Source of the DNA: an uncultured Gemmatimonadaceae bacterium
GTDB taxonomy: Bacteria > Gemmatimonadota > Gemmatimonadetes > Gemmatimonadales > Gemmatimonadaceae
DNA: 64,000 nucleotides
Assembly: GCA_963740355.1 (NCBI GenBank)
Contig: CAVUDW010000003.1
Coordinates: 1,664,001-1,728,000 of the forward strand
Direction: 5' to 3'
Both the position numbers and the translations under genes were made by a program. Below, one piece after another: positions 38,679 to 48,228 of the stretch. Every line of letters starts with the position of its first letter. Position 1 is the stretch's first letter. The notes under the pieces were generated by a model. That model searched no databases, was not told where the DNA came from, and saw only the letters and a program-made list of their open reading frames with translations.

Positions 38679-39802
38679 AGTACCTCGCCGAATTCCGCGA
38701 CGGCGAGATCGCACAGAAGCTCGCGGCGGAAATCCGTGCGATCACCACCAGGCCGTGGGCGATCATGGAGGTCTGCGGCGGCCAGACGCACAGCATCCTC
38801 CGCAATGGCATCGATCAGCTGCTGCCCGAGGAGATCGAACTGATTCACGGCCCGGGCTGCCCGGTCTGTGTGACGCCGCTGGACATGATCGACAAGGCGC
38901 TGGCCATCGCCGCGTTGCCGAACGTGATCTTCACCAGCTTCGGCGACATGCTGCGCGTGCCGGGCAGCGAGAAGGACCTCTTCCGCGTGAAGAGTGAAGG
39001 CGGCGACGTGCGCATCATCTACTCGCCGCTCGACGCGGTGCAGATGGCGCGGGAGAATCCCACAAAGCAGGTGGTGTTCTTCGGCATCGGCTTCGAGACC
39101 ACCGCGCCGGCCAACGCAATGGCCGTGTTTCTGGCGAAGAAGGAAGGGCTGAAGAATTTCTCGATGCTCGTGTCGCACGTGCTGGTGCCACCGGCCATCG
39201 ACGCCATCATGTCGGCTCCCGGCAACCGGGTGCAGGCCTTTCTCGCCGCGGGACACGTCTGCAGCGTGATGGGCTTCTGGCAGTACCCGCCGCTGGCCAG
39301 CGAAGCATCATGTGCCGATCGTGATCACCGGCTTCGAGCCACTCGACGTGCTGGAGGGGATCCGCCGCACGGTGCAGTGCCTCGAGAACGACGAGGCGCG
39401 CGTGGACAACGCCTACGCCCGCGTGGTGACCTTCGATGGCAATGCCCCGCGCAGGCGCTGCTGGAGGAAGTATTCACCGTCACTGATCGCGCCTGGCGTG
39501 GTATTGGCGTGATTCCGCAGAGTGGCTGGCGCTTGAGCGATGCGTATGCCGACTACGATGCCGAGCACCGCTTCGATGTCGGCGATATCCGCACGGTCGA
39601 GAGTGCGCTCTGCCGTGCGGGCGAAGTGTTGCAGGGGTCGATCAAACCCAGCCAGTGCGAAGCGTTCGGCAAGCAGTGCACGCCGCGCACACCGCTCGGT
39701 GCCACCATGGTTTCCAGTGAGGGTGCCTGTGCCGCCTATTACAACTACGGTCGATTCCACACCCTCGAACGCGCCAGTCTCGCACGAGCGACCGTTGGCT
39801 GA
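38675..39802 (+). CDS. hypD: Hydrogenase formation protein HypD with two compensating indels (~39299 and ~39445)
   Basis: [32 protein letters not shown]. The conserved segment [18 protein letters not shown] lies in the +1 frame. Confidence 0.92.
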   Translation: MKYLAEFRDGEIAQKLAAEIRAITTRPWAIMEVCGGQTHSILRNGIDQLLPEEIELIHGPGCPVCVTPLDMIDKALAIAALPNVIFTSFGDMLRVPGSEKDLFRVKSEGGDVRIIYSPLDAVQMARENPTKQVVFFGIGFETTAPANAMAVFLAKKEGLKNFSMLVSHVLVPPAIDAIMSAPGNRVQAFLAAGHVCSVMGFWQYPPLASEASCADRDHRLRATRRAGGDPPHGAVPRERRGARGQRLRPRGDLRWQCPAQALLEEVFTVTDRAWRGIGVIPQSGWRLSDAYADYDAEHRFDVGDIRTVESALCRAGEVLQGSIKPSQCEAFGKQCTPRTPLGATMVSSEGACAAYYNYGRFHTLERASLARATVG

Positions 39803-40880
39803 GTCGACGCTGATCGAGCCGATGCCAGCACACCCGATCAACGGCGCGTGGAGCTGCCCGCTGCCGCTGCGCGACTATCCGACGATCGTGATCGGTCATG
39901 GCGGCGGCGGGCAGCTCGGTAATGAACTGGTGGAGCATCTCTTCAAGCCCGCCTTCTCGAACGACGTGCTGGATCGCATGGCCGATTCCGCGGTGCTCAC
40001 GCTACCGCCAGGGCGCATTGCCTATTCCACCGACAGCTTCGTCGTGCGCCCACTCGAGTTTCCTGGCGGCAGCATCGGCGCGCTGGCCGTGAACGGCACC
40101 GTGAACGATCTGGCGATGAGTGGCGCCAGGCCGCTGTTCCTCAGCGCGGGATTCATTCTCGAGGAAGGGCTGCCGATGGCGACGCTCGGCCGCATCGTGA
40201 GCGACATGGCGGCGGCCGCGCGTGAGGCTGGCGTGCGCATCGTGACGGGTGACACGAAAGTGGTGGAGCGTGGGCACGGCGACGGGTGCTACATTAACAC
40301 CTCCGGCATCGGCATCATCGCCGACGGTATCACGATTGCGCCGCAGCGCGCCGCCGTCGGTGACGTCGTGATCGTCAGCGGTACGATCGGCGATCATGGC
40401 ATGGCGATCATGAGCGTGCGCGAAGGGCTGGAGTTCGACACCACCATCGTCAGCGACTGCGCACCACTGAACGGGCTGGTCGACGCGATGCTGGCCGTGA
40501 CCACCGACATCCATGTCCTGCGCGATCCAACGCGGGGAGGTCTCGCGTCGTCACTGAACGAGATCGCGGGCGCCGCCAACGTCGGGATCGTGATCCGGGA
40601 GTCGGCGCTGCCGGTCCTGCCGCAAGTCGCCTCCGCCTGTGAGATCCTCGGCCTCGATCCGGTGTTCGTCGCCAATGAAGGGAAGCTGCTGGCCATCGTG
40701 CCGCCGGAACACGCGGTGGCCGTCCTGGCAGCGATGCGTGACCATCCACGTGGCGCGAACGCGGCGATCATCGGGGAAGTCACCGCCGCGCATCCGGGCA
40801 TGCTGGTCGCGAAGACGGCCATTGGGGCGCAACGGGTGATCGCGATGCAGATCGGCGAACAGCTGCCACGGATCTGCTGA
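39795..40880 (+). CDS. hypE: Hydrogenase formation protein HypE
   Basis: [32 protein letters not shown]-terminal GEQLPRIC. Start is TTG 39795 or ATG 39822. Confidence 0.96.
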   Translation: MAESTLIEPMPAHPINGAWSCPLPLRDYPTIVIGHGGGGQLGNELVEHLFKPAFSNDVLDRMADSAVLTLPPGRIAYSTDSFVVRPLEFPGGSIGALAVNGTVNDLAMSGARPLFLSAGFILEEGLPMATLGRIVSDMAAAAREAGVRIVTGDTKVVERGHGDGCYINTSGIGIIADGITIAPQRAAVGDVVIVSGTIGDHGMAIMSVREGLEFDTTIVSDCAPLNGLVDAMLAVTTDIHVLRDPTRGGLASSLNEIAGAANVGIVIRESALPVLPQVASACEILGLDPVFVANEGKLLAIVPPEHAVAVLAAMRDHPRGANAAIIGEVTAAHPGMLVAKTAIGAQRVIAMQIGEQLPRIC

Positions 40881-40933
40881 AGGCGAGCGGCCGGCAACTT
40901 CAGCTCCGCTGAGCGGCAGGGTAATTTCGCCGC

Positions 40934-41845
40934 ATGCCGCTCTTCTCTCGGTGCCAGACACTTCTGGTCGCTTCGACATTCCTGCCACTGCTGCTGAGTG
41001 CGCAGTCGGTTGCCCCATCGCGCGCCGCAGAGTGCCCGAGCTGCGCCGAATGGAATGCCCCCCAAAAGGCCACGCGCCTCTTCGGCAACACCTACTTCGT
41101 CGGCACGCGGGGCCTGACTGCGCTACTGATCATGTCGCCGAGCGGTCACATCCTGATCGACGGTGGCCTGCCGGAATCTGCGCCGCTCATTCTCGCGAAT
41201 CTGGCATCACTTGGCGTGCGCACGCGCGACGTGAAGCTGATCCTCAATACGCACGACCACTTCGATCACGCCGGCGGCCTGGCGGCGCTGCAGCGGGCGA
41301 CGCGTGCCGAGGTGGCCGCCAGTCCCCGGAGCGCGCCGGTGCTCGAGCGCGGGATATCCGGACCCGATGATCCACAATACGGCATCCTGCTCCCCTTCCC
41401 GCGCGTCCAGTCGCGTGTGCGCCTGATCGCCGACAACGAGGTGCTGCGCGTCGGCCCCTTGCAGGTCACGGCGCACTTCACGCCGGGGCACTCGCCGGGT
41501 GGCACCAGCTGGACGTGGACGTCGTGCGACCAGGGGCGCTGCCTCGACTTCGTGTATGCCGACAGCCAGTCGCCGATCTCGGCCGATGGGTTTTTCTACA
41601 CGAAGAGCCTGACCTATCCGACCGGTGTGGCGGATTTCGAGCGCGGGCAGCGGGTCATCGCAGGCCTGTCGTGCGATGTGCTGATCACGCCGCACCCCAG
41701 CGCCTCGCAGCTCTGGGAACGGGTGGCGGCGCGCGACACCAGCAATGTGAGCGCTCTCGTCGACCGTGAGGCCTGCCGGCGTTTTGCCGCCAATGCCCAG
41801 GCCCAGCTGGCCAAGCGTGTGGCGACGGAGCGTGGGACGCCATAG
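40934..41845 (+). CDS. Subclass B3-like metallo-beta-lactamase
   Basis: Signal peptide; WNAPQ..FGNTYFVGT; THDHFDHAGG; TPGHSPGG; YADS; TPHP. Confidence 0.88.
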   Translation: MPLFSRCQTLLVASTFLPLLLSAQSVAPSRAAECPSCAEWNAPQKATRLFGNTYFVGTRGLTALLIMSPSGHILIDGGLPESAPLILANLASLGVRTRDVKLILNTHDHFDHAGGLAALQRATRAEVAASPRSAPVLERGISGPDDPQYGILLPFPRVQSRVRLIADNEVLRVGPLQVTAHFTPGHSPGGTSWTWTSCDQGRCLDFVYADSQSPISADGFFYTKSLTYPTGVADFERGQRVIAGLSCDVLITPHPSASQLWERVAARDTSNVSALVDREACRRFAANAQAQLAKRVATERGTP

Positions 41846-41944
41846 GGGCAGGGCGGACGCGGGACTTGGAACTCGGGTGGCGGCGCCTACGTAGCGTCTA
41901 CCAATCGCCACCCAGGCTCCCCTCCGCTCCCGAGGATCGGCACG

Positions 41945-42868
41945 ATGATGCTCCTACGCGCGCCACGTACGCTGCGTCGCTTCATGGTGCTGCTCGGATG
42001 CGCGGCGTCCGTCGCACAGTCACAGGCCGCCGATCCTGCCGACGCGGCGTTCACCAGGTCTGACTGGCCGACGGCTGGGCGCCTCTACCGCGCCATCGTC
42101 GACCGGGATTCAACCAACCTGCGTGCGCAATTTCGGCTGGGAATCGCGCTCTTCGAACAACGACAGTTCGCCGCCGCGATCCCGGCCTTCGAGCGCACGG
42201 CGCACGCCGGCTTTCAGCCAGTCGTTTCCGAGTTTCGACTTACGCGGGCGCACGCACAACTCGGCCACGTCGACGCCGCACTGACACACCTCGAGCGCGC
42301 GGCCAGTGCCGGGATCGATCCCGAGCTGGTGCGCCTCAATCCCGACATCGCCACTCTGCGGAATGAGGCACGCTACACCGCCGTCCTTCAGCGACTGGAC
42401 GATGCGCGCTTTCCATGCCGGCGCGGTACCGAGGCGCATCAGTTCGATTTCTGGCTTGGCGAGTGGACCGTCACACCATGGGCGTCCGATGCCTCCGCCG
42501 CTCCCATAGGACACAACAGCGTGACGACGGATCTCGAGCAGTGCGTCGTGAATGAATCGTGGACACCACGCTCGGGACACAAGGGCCGCAGCGTCAATTT
42601 CTGGGATACCAATCGGCAGGCGTGGCGCCAGGTCTGGGTTTCGGCCGACGGCACATCACTCGACTACGAAGGCCACCTCGTCGACAACGCCATGCGCTTC
42701 ACGGGCTGGACGCTTGGCACGAACGGAAAGAAGGTGATGCAGAAGCTGACTTTCTTCCGCATGGCAGCGGACACCGTGCGCCAGCTGTTCGAGGCGTCCG
42801 ATGACGAAGGCGCGACGTGGAAGAGCACCTTCGACGGCCGGTACGTCCGCGCGAGGACTACCCCATGA
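41945..42868 (+). CDS. Secreted TPR protein with C-terminal DUF1579-like beta domain
   Basis: Signal peptide; TPR-like helices; QFDFWLGEW..WRQVWV..SDDEGATW..FDGRYVR. Confidence 0.75.
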   Translation: MMLLRAPRTLRRFMVLLGCAASVAQSQAADPADAAFTRSDWPTAGRLYRAIVDRDSTNLRAQFRLGIALFEQRQFAAAIPAFERTAHAGFQPVVSEFRLTRAHAQLGHVDAALTHLERAASAGIDPELVRLNPDIATLRNEARYTAVLQRLDDARFPCRRGTEAHQFDFWLGEWTVTPWASDASAAPIGHNSVTTDLEQCVVNESWTPRSGHKGRSVNFWDTNRQAWRQVWVSADGTSLDYEGHLVDNAMRFTGWTLGTNGKKVMQKLTFFRMAADTVRQLFEASDDEGATWKSTFDGRYVRARTTP

Positions 42869-45327
42869 CGCGCCCCCTGATCTCCTTCTCTGCGCTACGC
42901 AACGATCTGCGCTTCGCTGGACGGATGTTCACCAAGAGCCCGCTTTTTACCGGTGTGGTGGTGCTTACCCTGGCCCTTGGCATCGGTCTCAACACCGCTG
43001 TGTTCTCGGCCGTCGATGCGATGCTCTTGCGACCATTGTCGGGAGTACGCGCCTCCAGCGAACTGGTGCAGCTCTATCGCAGCAGTCCTGGTGGCGACAA
43101 TCTCGGCTCGAATTCGATTCCCCATTTCTGGGACCTGCGCGATCGCTCGAAGTCCGTCTTCTCGGATGTCGCCGCCTGGTCATTCCAGAACCTGAGCATC
43201 ACGGCCGATGAGCGGCCACGCGCCGTGTTCGGCGTGATGGTCTCGGCCAACTTCTTCAGTGTGCTCGGCGCGACGCCCGCCAATGGCCGCTTCTTCACTC
43301 CTGATGAAGACGTGGGGCGCGGCGCGCATCCGGTGGCAGTGCTCAGTGATGCCGGCTGGCGATCACTCTTCGGTGGCGACCAGAACGTGGTCGGTCGGAA
43401 GGTGATCGTGAATGGGCAGGCAATGACGATCGTCGGTATCGCCGCTCCCGGATTCAGCGGCGCGATGCCGATGCTGCAACCCGCGCTCTGGGTGCCGCTG
43501 ATGCAGCTCGCGCAAGTGAAGCCTGGCTCGGTCGGTGATTTCGAGAACCGCGGCTTCAACTACCTCAACGTGGTCGCGCGCCTCGCACCGGGCGTGAGCG
43601 TGGAACAGGCACGGGCACGCATGGACGCGATCTCCATCGAGCTCCGCGGTGAATTTCCTGCCGACTACGAGAAGTCCGGCATCAATCTCATTCGCCAGGA
43701 TGACGCGGGCATCCATCCGTCGATGCGTGGTGCACAGGTCGGCCTGTCGGCGGTGGTAATGACCGTGGTCGCGATCCTGCTCCTGATCGCCTGCGTCAAC
43801 GTCGCCAACCTGTTTTTGGCCCGCGCGCGGGATCGCTCGCGCGAGATGGCCATTCGCCTCGCACTCGGCGCAACCCGCGGCGAGCTGGTTCGGCAACTGC
43901 TGGTGGAGAGTGTGGTGGTCTCGTTGGTGGCCGGCGCCGTGGGCATCATCATCGCGTACGTCGCGATCGGACTCGCGAACGGTATCACGCTGCCGATGGA
44001 CATCGATTTCCAGCCCGATCTCCGCCTCAGTCCGATGGTGCTTGGTTTTGCATTTGCCACGGCGCTCGTGACCGGCATCCTGTTCGGCCTCGTGCCGGCG
44101 CTGCAGGCGACCAGCCCGTCGCTCGTGTCGGCGCTGAAAGGCGACGCACCCGCTGGTGCGTCGCGTTCAAGGACCAGCAAGGGGCTGGTGATCGCGCAGA
44201 TGGCGCTTTCGATCGTACTGCTGGTCTGCGCTGGCCTCTTCCTCGTGAACCTGCGGAGCGCGACCACCATCGACAAAGGCTTTACCGCGACTCGCATGCT
44301 GATCGCGGATGTGGATCCGTCGCTGCAGGGTTACAATCGCGCCAACACCGAGGCGTTCTACACGAGACTTCGGACGCAACTCTCATCGGTTCCAGGTGTC
44401 GAGAGTGTCGGGTTGATCGACAATGTGCCGCTCGGCTTCAGCAACAGCGATCGTCGCGTGGAGGTCCCGGGTTACGTCCCCGCCGCCAACGAGAATCTCT
44501 CGGTTCGCTATGCGAGTGTCTCCCCGGAATACTTCGCGTCCATGGGAATTCCGCTGCGTGTCGGACGCGCCTTCACCTCGCGCGATGACTCTGCCGCTGT
44601 CCCCGTCCTGGTGGTCAACGAACGCTTCGTGTCGAAGTTCTGGCCGGGTCAGAACGCGATCGGTCGAACCGTGCGCGTGAAGGGCCTTCTCCACACCGTC
44701 ATCGGCGTCGTGCCGACGGGCAAGTACCAGCGCCTTGGCGAAGATCCACAGCTGTTCATGTACTTCTCGCAGGCACAACTCTGGCGCGCCGGCATGTCAG
44801 TGATGATCCGGACCAGCGGAGACCCGACTGCACTGATTCCCGCGCTCCGGCGCGAGGTCACGGGGCTCGATGCGAACATGCCGCTCGGTAACATCCGCAC
44901 GCTCGAAAGGCATCTGGGCTCGTCGTTGCTGCCCGCACGAATTGCCGGCATGGCACTCGGCATCTTCGGCCTGCTTGGCCTGCTGCTCGCCTCGATCGGC
45001 ATGTATGGCGTCATGGCCTACTCCGTCTCGCAGCGCACCCGGGAGATCGGCATCCGCATGGCCATCGGTGCCACGGCCACCGATGTGGTGCGACTGATCA
45101 TGCGGCAGGGGCTGACGCTTGTTGCCATCGGCACCGTGATCGGACTGGTGGCTGCCATCGGCGCCTCGCGCGCTCTCGCCAGTGTCTTGTATGGCTCGAA
45201 TGCCAATGACCCTGCGACCTTTGCGCTGGTGCCGCTGGTGTTGATTGGTGTGGCAGCGCTGGCGACGTTCGTGCCCGCCCGGCGTGCGGCTATGGTCGAT
45301 CCCGCCGTGACCCTTCGAGCGGAGTGA
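42865..45327 (+). CDS. Duplicated MacB/FtsX-type ABC permease (ADOP-like) with no adjacent ATPase
   Basis: TLALGIGLNTAVFS; LIACVNVANL; REMAIRLALGA; QRTREIGIRMAIGA; PARRAAMVDP..LRAE. Confidence 0.93.
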   Translation: MTRPLISFSALRNDLRFAGRMFTKSPLFTGVVVLTLALGIGLNTAVFSAVDAMLLRPLSGVRASSELVQLYRSSPGGDNLGSNSIPHFWDLRDRSKSVFSDVAAWSFQNLSITADERPRAVFGVMVSANFFSVLGATPANGRFFTPDEDVGRGAHPVAVLSDAGWRSLFGGDQNVVGRKVIVNGQAMTIVGIAAPGFSGAMPMLQPALWVPLMQLAQVKPGSVGDFENRGFNYLNVVARLAPGVSVEQARARMDAISIELRGEFPADYEKSGINLIRQDDAGIHPSMRGAQVGLSAVVMTVVAILLLIACVNVANLFLARARDRSREMAIRLALGATRGELVRQLLVESVVVSLVAGAVGIIIAYVAIGLANGITLPMDIDFQPDLRLSPMVLGFAFATALVTGILFGLVPALQATSPSLVSALKGDAPAGASRSRTSKGLVIAQMALSIVLLVCAGLFLVNLRSATTIDKGFTATRMLIADVDPSLQGYNRANTEAFYTRLRTQLSSVPGVESVGLIDNVPLGFSNSDRRVEVPGYVPAANENLSVRYASVSPEYFASMGIPLRVGRAFTSRDDSAAVPVLVVNERFVSKFWPGQNAIGRTVRVKGLLHTVIGVVPTGKYQRLGEDPQLFMYFSQAQLWRAGMSVMIRTSGDPTALIPALRREVTGLDANMPLGNIRTLERHLGSSLLPARIAGMALGIFGLLGLLLASIGMYGVMAYSVSQRTREIGIRMAIGATATDVVRLIMRQGLTLVAIGTVIGLVAAIGASRALASVLYGSNANDPATFALVPLVLIGVAALATFVPARRAAMVDPAVTLRAE

Positions 45328-45445
45328 CAGGGCGTTGGGGGGTGGCGGGCACCGCGATCAGGGCGAAATCACGGCTGGAACCCGATCTCGCTCGATGACG
45401 TACTTTTCGGGACGCGCTCACCGCCCTCGCCCTCCGGACGTCGTC

Positions 45446-46621
45446 ATGGCCACCTCGCTCCTCACGCCGTCAGCAACCGCACGGTCCGCTGCGCCCGCGC
45501 AGGCCCTCCCACTGCACCTCGCCGCAGTCGTCCTTGGCGCCACCAGCATCCTGATCGGATTGATCTGGGACATCTCGTGGCACATGACCATCGGACGCGA
45601 CGCATTCTGGACGCCGGCACACATGGCGATCTACTTCGGCGGCACGCTGGCTGGCCTGTCGTGCGGCGCACGCGTGCTCGCGAACAGCTTCTGGCAGCGT
45701 GACACCCATCAGACCGACGGCGTGCGGCTCTGGAAGTACTTCACTGGTCCAATCGGTGGTTGGATCTGCATCTGGGGCGCGCTGGCGATGCTCACGTCGG
45801 CCCCCTTCGACGACTGGTGGCATGGGGCCTACGGCCTCGACGTGCAGATCCTCAGCCCGCCGCACGTCATCCTGCTGCTTGGCCTGCTCGGCATTCTCGT
45901 CGGTGCGCAGACGATGGCTGTATCTGCACAGAATACCGAGGGCTATTCCACATCGCGCGCCACCGTCGTCGCGTTTGCGAGCGGTGTGCTGCTGACGCTA
46001 GCCGCGATCGCGGCCACCGAATACAGCGATGTCGAGCTGCTGCACAACTCGCAGTTCTACATCGTGGCCGGCGCCGTGTATCCGTTGTTTCTCGTTGCAT
46101 CCGCGCGCGCCTCGAAGCTGCGCTGGCCCGCCACGGCAACGGCTGCCTTCTATACCGCCATCATGGCGGCACAGGTCTGGATCTTTCCGTTGTTCGCTGC
46201 CCGTCCCAAGCTCGGGCCCATCGGGCATGACGTCACGCACATGGTGCCGATGCCATTTCCGCTGCTGCTGATCGTGCCGGCCATCGGCATCGATCTCGTG
46301 TTGCGGCGGATGGAAAGCCGCAATCGCTGGCTGACGGCGGCGGTGCTGGCACTGGTGTTCATCCTCTCGTTGCTGGCGGCGATGTGGCCCTTCGGCTCCC
46401 TCCTCGCGACGGAAGTCGGGCGGCATCCCTTCTTCGGCGGCGCCTTCGCCAACTACAGCGCACCCGCTGACTACCTCGTTGGCCCGCGCGAATTCTGGAT
46501 GGAAGACGGCGGCGCGGCCGTTGCACTGGTGAAGACGATGACGTGGGGCGTGCTGGCGGCACTGCTCTCGTCGCGGATCGGGCTCGCGTGGGGCAACTGG
46601 CTACGCGAGGTGAAGCGATGA
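45446..46621 (+). CDS. Polytopic membrane protein with two PmoC/AmoC-like metal-binding motifs
   Basis: WDISWHMTIGRDAFWTPAH and FDDWWHGAYGLDVQILSPPH; roughly 10 TM helices. Confidence 0.8.
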   Translation: MATSLLTPSATARSAAPAQALPLHLAAVVLGATSILIGLIWDISWHMTIGRDAFWTPAHMAIYFGGTLAGLSCGARVLANSFWQRDTHQTDGVRLWKYFTGPIGGWICIWGALAMLTSAPFDDWWHGAYGLDVQILSPPHVILLLGLLGILVGAQTMAVSAQNTEGYSTSRATVVAFASGVLLTLAAIAATEYSDVELLHNSQFYIVAGAVYPLFLVASARASKLRWPATATAAFYTAIMAAQVWIFPLFAARPKLGPIGHDVTHMVPMPFPLLLIVPAIGIDLVLRRMESRNRWLTAAVLALVFILSLLAAMWPFGSLLATEVGRHPFFGGAFANYSAPADYLVGPREFWMEDGGAAVALVKTMTWGVLAALLSSRIGLAWGNWLREVKR

Positions 46622-48123
46622 CCACGCGTCGTCGCTTCATCTCGATTCTGCTGCTCGTCGCAGTCTGGCTCACCGGTAGCGCACACGTCGGCAACACACT
46701 TGTCGTGCAGGATGGCCAGGCCGGCCCGTACGGACTGAGGGTGCTGGTGCGGCCGCCGGCGGTCATTCCTGGCCTGGTCGACGTCGTGATCAAGACCACC
46801 ACGCCGAGGACGTTGCCGACCAGCATCACACTGCAGCCTGCGCTCTGGCGGTACGGCACCAAGGGTGCGCCGCCTGCCGAACCAGCGGTGGCGGTTCCAG
46901 GCGAGCCGGGCACGTTTCAGACGCAGGTCTGGATCATGAGCAGCGGATCGTACGCACTTCACATCGCGGCCAGTGGTCCCGCAGGGCAGGGCGAATTCAT
47001 CGTACCATACGTGAGTGTGGCCACGGCCACACTTGGCATGCCGAACTGGCTCGGCTGGGTACTCGCAGCACTCGGTGCCTTCCTCGTCTTCGGGCTGGCG
47101 TCGGTGGTCGGTGCCGCGTCACGCGAAGGCACGTTGCCCGCCGGTGCGACACCCGACGCATCGCGCCGGCGGCGTGCGCGCTTCGCGACAGGCATCGCCG
47201 GCCTGATCACCTGCACGCTGGTTTTCGGTGGCTGGAAATGGTGGAATGCGGTCGAGAACAATTACCGCGAATCGCTCTACCGACCGCTCGCCGTCGAGAC
47301 TGCGGTCACCAGTGGCGAGGGTCGGACGCTCACGCTGCGCGTCACCGACAGTCTGTGGAAGTTCGCGAAGCCTGGGGAACGGGCTCGCACCTCCTTCAGC
47401 ACGCCACTGATGCCGGATCATGGCAAGATGATGCACATGTTCCTCATCGCGGCCGGTGCACAGGGCGCGGTGGCGCACCTGCATCCGGTGCGCGTGGATG
47501 AGCGCACCTTCACGACGCCGGTGCATGCCCTGCCGGCTGGCAAGTACTGGCTGTTTGCCGACGTCGTTCACGAGAGCGGCTACACGCGCACCTTCGTCGA
47601 CACGGTGGATGTCGCGGCTGGTGATGCGCCGGCGAACCCCGATGGAGACGACGCCTTTTCGCTCGCGCCACCGACCGTGAACACGCGTCCGGCCACCTTG
47701 CCCGACAGTGGCTTCTTTACCATCGCGCTGGATGGCACCCCCGCCGTCGGCCGCGATGTCGTCGTGCGTGCACACCTCGCCAACCGGGATGGGTCACCGG
47801 TGCCGCTAGTCCCGTGGCTCGGCATGGCGGGGCACGCGATGCTCGTGCGCACCGATGGCGCGGTGTTCATGCACCTGCATCCGCTTGGCACGAGTTCGAT
47901 GGCCGCACAGGATCGTCTCGCACGTCGTGAACGTGGCGACACCGCGATGCACGGCGATTCGCAGCCGATGGCGATGGACATGACGCAGGCGCCGGTCGGA
48001 CGCCCTGGCGATGTCGCCTTCCCGGTCGCATTTCCATCGGCCGGTGCCTATCGCGTGTTCGTGCAGGTGCGTCGGCCGAGTGGCGTGATCGAGACGGCGG
48101 CGCTGGATGTGACGGTGCCGTAA
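46618..48123 (+). CDS. Exported, membrane-anchored His/Met-rich (probable copper-binding) protein
   Basis: Signal peptide ending TGSA then His; two internal TM helices; DHGKMMHMF, HLHP twice, GMAGHAM; ATGA coupling to the upstream gene. Confidence 0.8.
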   Translation: MTTRRRFISILLLVAVWLTGSAHVGNTLVVQDGQAGPYGLRVLVRPPAVIPGLVDVVIKTTTPRTLPTSITLQPALWRYGTKGAPPAEPAVAVPGEPGTFQTQVWIMSSGSYALHIAASGPAGQGEFIVPYVSVATATLGMPNWLGWVLAALGAFLVFGLASVVGAASREGTLPAGATPDASRRRRARFATGIAGLITCTLVFGGWKWWNAVENNYRESLYRPLAVETAVTSGEGRTLTLRVTDSLWKFAKPGERARTSFSTPLMPDHGKMMHMFLIAAGAQGAVAHLHPVRVDERTFTTPVHALPAGKYWLFADVVHESGYTRTFVDTVDVAAGDAPANPDGDDAFSLAPPTVNTRPATLPDSGFFTIALDGTPAVGRDVVVRAHLANRDGSPVPLVPWLGMAGHAMLVRTDGAVFMHLHPLGTSSMAAQDRLARRERGDTAMHGDSQPMAMDMTQAPVGRPGDVAFPVAFPSAGAYRVFVQVRRPSGVIETAALDVTVP

Positions 48124-48160
48124 GACTGCGTAGTCGTTCGGTGGCCTGATACTCATGCAC

Positions 48161-48197
48161 AGCGGGGGCGCGAGACTGTTCTCGCGCCCCCGCTTTC
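48161..48197. terminator. Intrinsic terminator hairpin between convergent genes
   Basis: Perfect 15-bp stem agcgggggcgcgaga / tctcgcgcccccgct with a 4-nt loop and a short T run. Confidence 0.8.
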
Positions 48198-48228
48198 GTA
48201 AGAACCACTCCTACGGGATCACCACTGC

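Noticed and set aside
45446..48123. Canonical pmoCAB/amoCAB and therefore methanotrophy or nitrification
   Set aside because: Only two genes, no recognisable pmoA, and similarity limited to motifs and topology; kept only as a hypothesis of remote relationship.
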